Of a DNA stretch of 64,000 nucleotides, positions 60,073 to 64,000 are shown piece after piece. Each line of letters begins with the position of its first letter. The stretch's first letter is position 1. This DNA comes from Bacteriovoracaceae bacterium. GTDB lineage: Bacteria; Bdellovibrionota; Bacteriovoracia; Bacteriovoracales; Bacteriovoracaceae. The position numbers and the translations under genes are program-made. The notes beneath the pieces are model-generated. The model did not search any database. It had not been told where the DNA came from and was given only the letters and a program-made list of their open reading frames with translations. The stretch is taken from assembly GCA_048270185.1 (NCBI GenBank), contig JBLWTJ010000004.1:32001-96000 (forward strand), in the 5' to 3' direction.

Positions 60073-60149
60073 TGGCGCACTCGGCAGGAGTCGAACCTGC
60101 GACCTTCTGATCCGTAGTCAGACACTCTATCCAGCTGAGCTACGAGTGC
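60073..60149 (-). tRNA. tRNA-Arg (anticodon ACG)
   Basis: Acceptor GCACTCG/CGAGTGC-G-CCA, D arm AGCTCAGCTGGATAGAG, anticodon arm TCTGA-CTACGGA-TCAGA, T arm GGTTCGACTCC. Confidence 0.97.
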
Positions 60150-60162
60150 GCATGTAGGAGTA

Positions 60163-60192
60163 TTTATAGCCCCTAACCTCTCATATTGTCAA
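60163..60192 (-). promoter_or_regulatory. Sigma70-like promoter of tRNA-Arg
   Basis: TTGACA-N18-TATAAA on the minus strand. Confidence 0.5.
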
Positions 60193-60285
60193 TTGAGTAA
60201 TTCAATTGGGAAAAAAATTGTCAGAATCCACCAATCCATATGACAATGATTAAACCTCAAATATTAAAGATTTAAGGAAGTTGAT

Positions 60286-61155
60286 TTGTTTTTTAGATTA
60301 ATTATATCGTGTATGGTGAGCTATAGCCTATTAGCTCAAAATGACCTTCAAAAATCATTAGAAAAGCGTGAAGCTGAAATCCAGCGCTCCAATAAAACAG
60401 ACTCATTAGTGAGTGCGTATAAGCCTAATTATATTTTACCAGCAACTTATATGCATAAGACAAATACCAAGCCTTTTTCTGAGGGAGATAATATTGATAA
60501 TGTTGAAACGAAATATCAGCTTAGTTTTCGTTTTACAGTTCTCGCTGAATTATTAGGATCAAAGACAGATTTAGATTTCGCTTACACACAAAAATCTTTT
60601 TGGCAGCTTTACAATAAAAAGAGCTCTGCCGTTTTTAGAGAGACAAACTATGAGCCTGAGCTTTTTCTAACTTTTAAACCATTTAAAGAAGATTGGAGAA
60701 TATTTAAAAACTACTATCAATTTGGATTTCTCCATCAATCAAACGGAAAAGATCTACCACAATCAAGAAGCTGGAATCGTATTTTTTTGACAACTTACTT
60801 TGAGTGGCGTGAGACATTATTCATGCTCAAACTCTGGTACCGCCTCCCGGAGAATAATAAAACCTCACCAAGTGATTACACTGGAGATGACAACCCAGAC
60901 TTAACTGATTATACGGGTTTTTTTGAATTAACAGGAATACACAAAATTGGTGGCCATACACTAACAATGGTTTTAAGAAATAATTTGAAAAAAGATAATA
61001 AAGGATCAATTGAACTCGATTGGTCATTTCCTTTACCTGATACAAGGCTTAAAGGTTATCTTCAATATTACAATGGTTATGCTGAAAGCTTAATCGACTA
61101 TAATTTCCCGATGTCGAGAGTTGGTCTAGGGGTTGCATTTACAGATTGGTTATAA
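60286..61155 (+). CDS. pldA: Outer-membrane phospholipase A
   Basis: 'YTQKSFWQ', 'FRETNYEPE', catalytic 'HQSNG...SRSWNR', 'GYAESLIDYN'. Confidence 0.93.
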   Translation: MFFRLIISCMVSYSLLAQNDLQKSLEKREAEIQRSNKTDSLVSAYKPNYILPATYMHKTNTKPFSEGDNIDNVETKYQLSFRFTVLAELLGSKTDLDFAYTQKSFWQLYNKKSSAVFRETNYEPELFLTFKPFKEDWRIFKNYYQFGFLHQSNGKDLPQSRSWNRIFLTTYFEWRETLFMLKLWYRLPENNKTSPSDYTGDDNPDLTDYTGFFELTGIHKIGGHTLTMVLRNNLKKDNKGSIELDWSFPLPDTRLKGYLQYYNGYAESLIDYNFPMSRVGLGVAFTDWL

Positions 61156-62426
61156 TGAATAAAATTCTATTTTTACTACTTACAGTTTCTATTTCATCTT
61201 TTGCTCAAAAATCACAACCTAAGAATTGGGGAATAGGTTTTGGACAAAGAACTGCAACTATACCTTACAAAGCAAGCGAAGATACAGTTTCTGATATTAT
61301 TCCACTTTTTTATTACGAAAGAGGCGATTTTGAACTCAATGGACTTGAAGCTCGATTTTCATTTTTTAAATATAATCAATCGAAGCTTAATTTAGTAACA
61401 AAGTATCGCTTCTACGATATTCCAAAAGAACTTCAAAATGAAACTCGACGTTCGGGCTTCGACTATGGTCTCGAATATGAATTTGGCCACTCTGATTTTT
61501 GGCATACTAGAGCACAATTTCTTACCGATAGCTCAACAAGACCATACTTTAATATTGAGACAGAGTCAGATCATATCTGGAGTATTATTCATTACAGGCC
61601 CTATGCGTACTTAACAGTAAGAGGGAAAGAATTTAATAAAAGTTATTATTATAATGATCACATCGGTTACGAGATTGGTGCAGGAGTTAAAGCAACAATA
61701 AAGGTATATGAAAACTTTCATCTACTAGCTCAAGCAAAGCTAAGTGCACTCGATCCAAAAACAAGAGATCAAAATGAAATCGATAAACAAGTAAACTATG
61801 AAACGTTCTTTGGTATATCATTCTTAGATCAAAGTACTCACCAAAAAAAGCAAGACAAGTACAAGAATATAAGTAAGCTTAAAAGTAGAGATTTCTTTCG
61901 CGTTACTTATGCACAGGCAACACCATCTAACTTAAGTGATATTCTAAGCTTTCACACAGCTTGGGATAAGTACGAAAACGATATGGTTTCATTAAGTTAC
62001 GGAATACCTCTATCTGATACTTTTATGGGAAGTGAAGTTCCAGTCTACTTACTTCCAACTTATGTTCAACACTTAAGTAGTAATCAACAAAGTAGTATTA
62101 GTGAGTACGTCTTGGCCGTTAAAATATATATTCCATTCTATTGGCCAGTAAAATGGCGATTAGGTCTTGCTGAAGGTATTTCATACCTAGACGAAATTAC
62201 ATATATTGAAGAAGTTGATATCGCAGGAAAAGGCTATCGTGGAAGCAAGTGGATGAACTATTTAGATTTCTCTCTAGATATATCGTTAGAAAAACTTGGC
62301 TTTAAAGATACTTGGGCCGGGATAATGATTCATCATCGCTCATCAATTTTTGAATCTTCATCACTCTTTGGACGCATCAAAGGTGGAAGCAATTATATTG
62401 GTTTATTTTTACAACAAGAGTTATAG
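61155..62426 (+). CDS. MipA/OmpV-like outer-membrane protein with a second beta-barrel domain
   Basis: ATG at 61155 overlaps the pldA stop; 'PYK...IIPLFYYE' is MipA-like; C-terminal 'HHRSS...GGSNY' barrel. Confidence 0.6.
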   Translation: MNKILFLLLTVSISSFAQKSQPKNWGIGFGQRTATIPYKASEDTVSDIIPLFYYERGDFELNGLEARFSFFKYNQSKLNLVTKYRFYDIPKELQNETRRSGFDYGLEYEFGHSDFWHTRAQFLTDSSTRPYFNIETESDHIWSIIHYRPYAYLTVRGKEFNKSYYYNDHIGYEIGAGVKATIKVYENFHLLAQAKLSALDPKTRDQNEIDKQVNYETFFGISFLDQSTHQKKQDKYKNISKLKSRDFFRVTYAQATPSNLSDILSFHTAWDKYENDMVSLSYGIPLSDTFMGSEVPVYLLPTYVQHLSSNQQSSISEYVLAVKIYIPFYWPVKWRLGLAEGISYLDEITYIEEVDIAGKGYRGSKWMNYLDFSLDISLEKLGFKDTWAGIMIHHRSSIFESSSLFGRIKGGSNYIGLFLQQEL

Positions 62427-62476
62427 AAAAAGCTTTAAACACTGACAAAAATCATTAAAATAGCTAAATTTTCTTA

Positions 62477-62503
62477 TATAGTTAGGACATAAACCACCGA
62501 TAA
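62477..62503 (+). promoter_or_regulatory. Sigma28-like promoter of the MCP gene
   Basis: TATA-N15-ACCGATAA; ATG only 7 nt after the -10 element. Confidence 0.6.
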
Positions 62504-62510
62504 TGGGGGT

Positions 62511-64000
62511 ATGAAAAAGCTAAACCATATAACTCTACCATTAATTTTATCGACCTCTATCACGGGCTTTACAGCATACTTTGCTGAAATAAATTTTGCC
62601 TCGGCTGCATTATTTTTTACCGCCCCTTTTCCTCTTCTAGCAAGTTTTGTTTTTCTCTCAAGAAAAAGAAAAAATGAAATGAAAGTTCTACTTCAAAAGC
62701 TAGATTATCTTCAAAGAAATATTGTGGGAACCAACTCACAATTCTTTGAATCTTGTGAACAGCTTGACGAAAGTACTGAAGAGCAAGCAAGTGCAGTTAT
62801 TCAAACAAGTGCAACAAGTGATGAAATTAGCGCGATGATCACAAGAACAACTTCATCAATCAGCTCTTTTGAAGAGAATATCAAAGAGATTAATAACCTA
62901 ATCAGTAGCAGTGATCACTCTCTCGGAAAACTTGAACAAAATATCAATGCAAGTCTAGACACAAGTAAAGATATCAATGGTTCACTTTCTAGTATTGTTA
63001 ATGATCTAAGTGGATTCATGGAAACATTCACTGATGTTGAAACCAAGGCACAACTAATTAACGATATCGTTTTTCAAACAAAGCTTCTCTCTTTTAACGC
63101 ATCCGTTGAAGCAGCTCGTGCAGGTGAGCATGGTAAGGGATTCTCAGTTGTTGCAGAAGAGATAGGTAAACTTGCATCAACAAGTGGAGAAAGTGCTGAT
63201 GCAATTAATGCAACATTAAATGAAGCGCAAGATAAGCTAAACAAGCTGATTACTGAAATTCAGAATAAGAGTAAGGATCTTAGTGATCGCCTAGATCAGA
63301 CTTCAGTTTCATGTGATACAACACTTTCGGAATTCAAACGTAGCTTCAATCAAACAAATGAAGAAACAATGAAAATGAATCAACAAATTGAAGAAGTTAC
63401 AATTGCTTCACGTGAACAAGAAAATGGAGTTATTGAACTTAGGGATGCAATTCATTCTATCAATAATTCAACTCAACGAAGCACGCTTGTTGTTTCTCAA
63501 ACACTTAATCTTGCTAACACACTAAACAGCTACCTAGGTGAATTATCAGGTGCGATCACTCAAACTAAAAATAGTAACAATGTTGTTATATCTGATCAGA
63601 TCGAAGAGATCCCTTGGGAAGGAAAGTATGCGCTTGGAATCGATAAGATCGATTATGAGCACCAAGAGATTCTTAATCTTATCAATGGTCTAATTCGCGC
63701 AATGAATACAAAAAGAGGAATTAAAGAAGCCTTCATAAAACTTAAAGATTATACAATTATGCACTTTACTGAAGAGGAAGAGTACATGCAAAGTATTAAC
63801 TATCCGTCTTATGAATCTCACAAGAGAGTCCATGAGAAGTTATTAGGTGCTTTAGGTAAGTTTGCAGTTGAACTAGAAGCCGGTCGTTTACAAAAAGATA
63901 AGCTTGCAAGCTTTCTTAAGAACTGGTTATTTACACATATTATGGGAATCGATGCTAAATATGCTGAACACGGAAGAAATCAGCATGCTCATTCGCATAA
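62511..64000 (+). CDS. Methyl-accepting chemotaxis protein with C-terminal hemerythrin domain (runs off the window)
   Basis: Not in the ORF track. Manual translation: two N-terminal TM segments, '[33 protein letters not shown]', then '[18 protein letters not shown]...HFTEEE...HKRVH...[10 protein letters not shown]'. Confidence 0.92.
   Translation, partial: MKKLNHITLPLILSTSITGFTAYFAEINFASAALFFTAPFPLLASFVFLSRKRKNEMKVLLQKLDYLQRNIVGTNSQFFESCEQLDESTEEQASAVIQTSATSDEISAMITRTTSSISSFEENIKEINNLISSSDHSLGKLEQNINASLDTSKDINGSLSSIVNDLSGFMETFTDVETKAQLINDIVFQTKLLSFNASVEAARAGEHGKGFSVVAEEIGKLASTSGESADAINATLNEAQDKLNKLITEIQNKSKDLSDRLDQTSVSCDTTLSEFKRSFNQTNEETMKMNQQIEEVTIASREQENGVIELRDAIHSINNSTQRSTLVVSQTLNLANTLNSYLGELSGAITQTKNSNNVVISDQIEEIPWEGKYALGIDKIDYEHQEILNLINGLIRAMNTKRGIKEAFIKLKDYTIMHFTEEEEYMQSINYPSYESHKRVHEKLLGALGKFAVELEAGRLQKDKLASFLKNWLFTHIMGIDAKYAEHGRNQHAHSH

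Noticed and set aside
60030..60290. Integrative element at tRNA-Arg
   Set aside because: No integrase and no duplicated tRNA 3' end seen; flanking genes are housekeeping.
63998..64000. Terminal TAA as the MCP stop codon
   Set aside because: Out of frame (frame reads ...TCG CAT AA); the gene continues past the window.

Overview
AT-rich core-chromosome segment. Gene content (paired short flagellins, mglA/mglB next to recR-ybaB-dnaX, MCP motif [26 protein letters not shown]) points to a predatory Bdellovibrionota, probably Halobacteriovorax/Bacteriovorax-like; this is an inference. Left to right: (1) a ribosome-associated block (RlmI-like methylase, NFACT/RqcH-like gene head-to-head with mutS2, lepB, PBP, rlmE); (2) an intergenic DnaA-box cluster; (3) a late-flagellar block (fliD-fliS-fliT-like, truncated Maf-like gene, two GT9 glycosyltransferases, HK/RR, nadK, lpxH, PilZ, two flagellins, heptose adenylyltransferase) with sigma28 promoters and CsrA-type GGA hairpins; (4) rsmE, prmA, ABC binding protein, udk, rnj; (5) a rearranged dcw cluster (rsmH to ftsZ, no mraZ/murG/ddl, degenerate-looking murD); (6) mglAB-recR-ybaB-dnaX with a likely -1 frameshift site, SRP RNA, tadA, an LPP20/LpoB lipoprotein operon, tcdA, tRNA-Arg(ACG), pldA, a MipA-like OMP, and an MCP-hemerythrin fusion running off the end. 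I saw no mobile elements, CRISPR arrays or rRNA. The best candidates for undescribed biology are the Maf-fragment/GT9/ADP-heptose flagellar glycosylation or sheath module, the mutS2/NFACT pair with overlapping start codons, the possible pseudo-enzyme MurD, and a sigma28-driven short terminated RNA upstream of fliD. All protein calls come from reading motifs, not from database searches.
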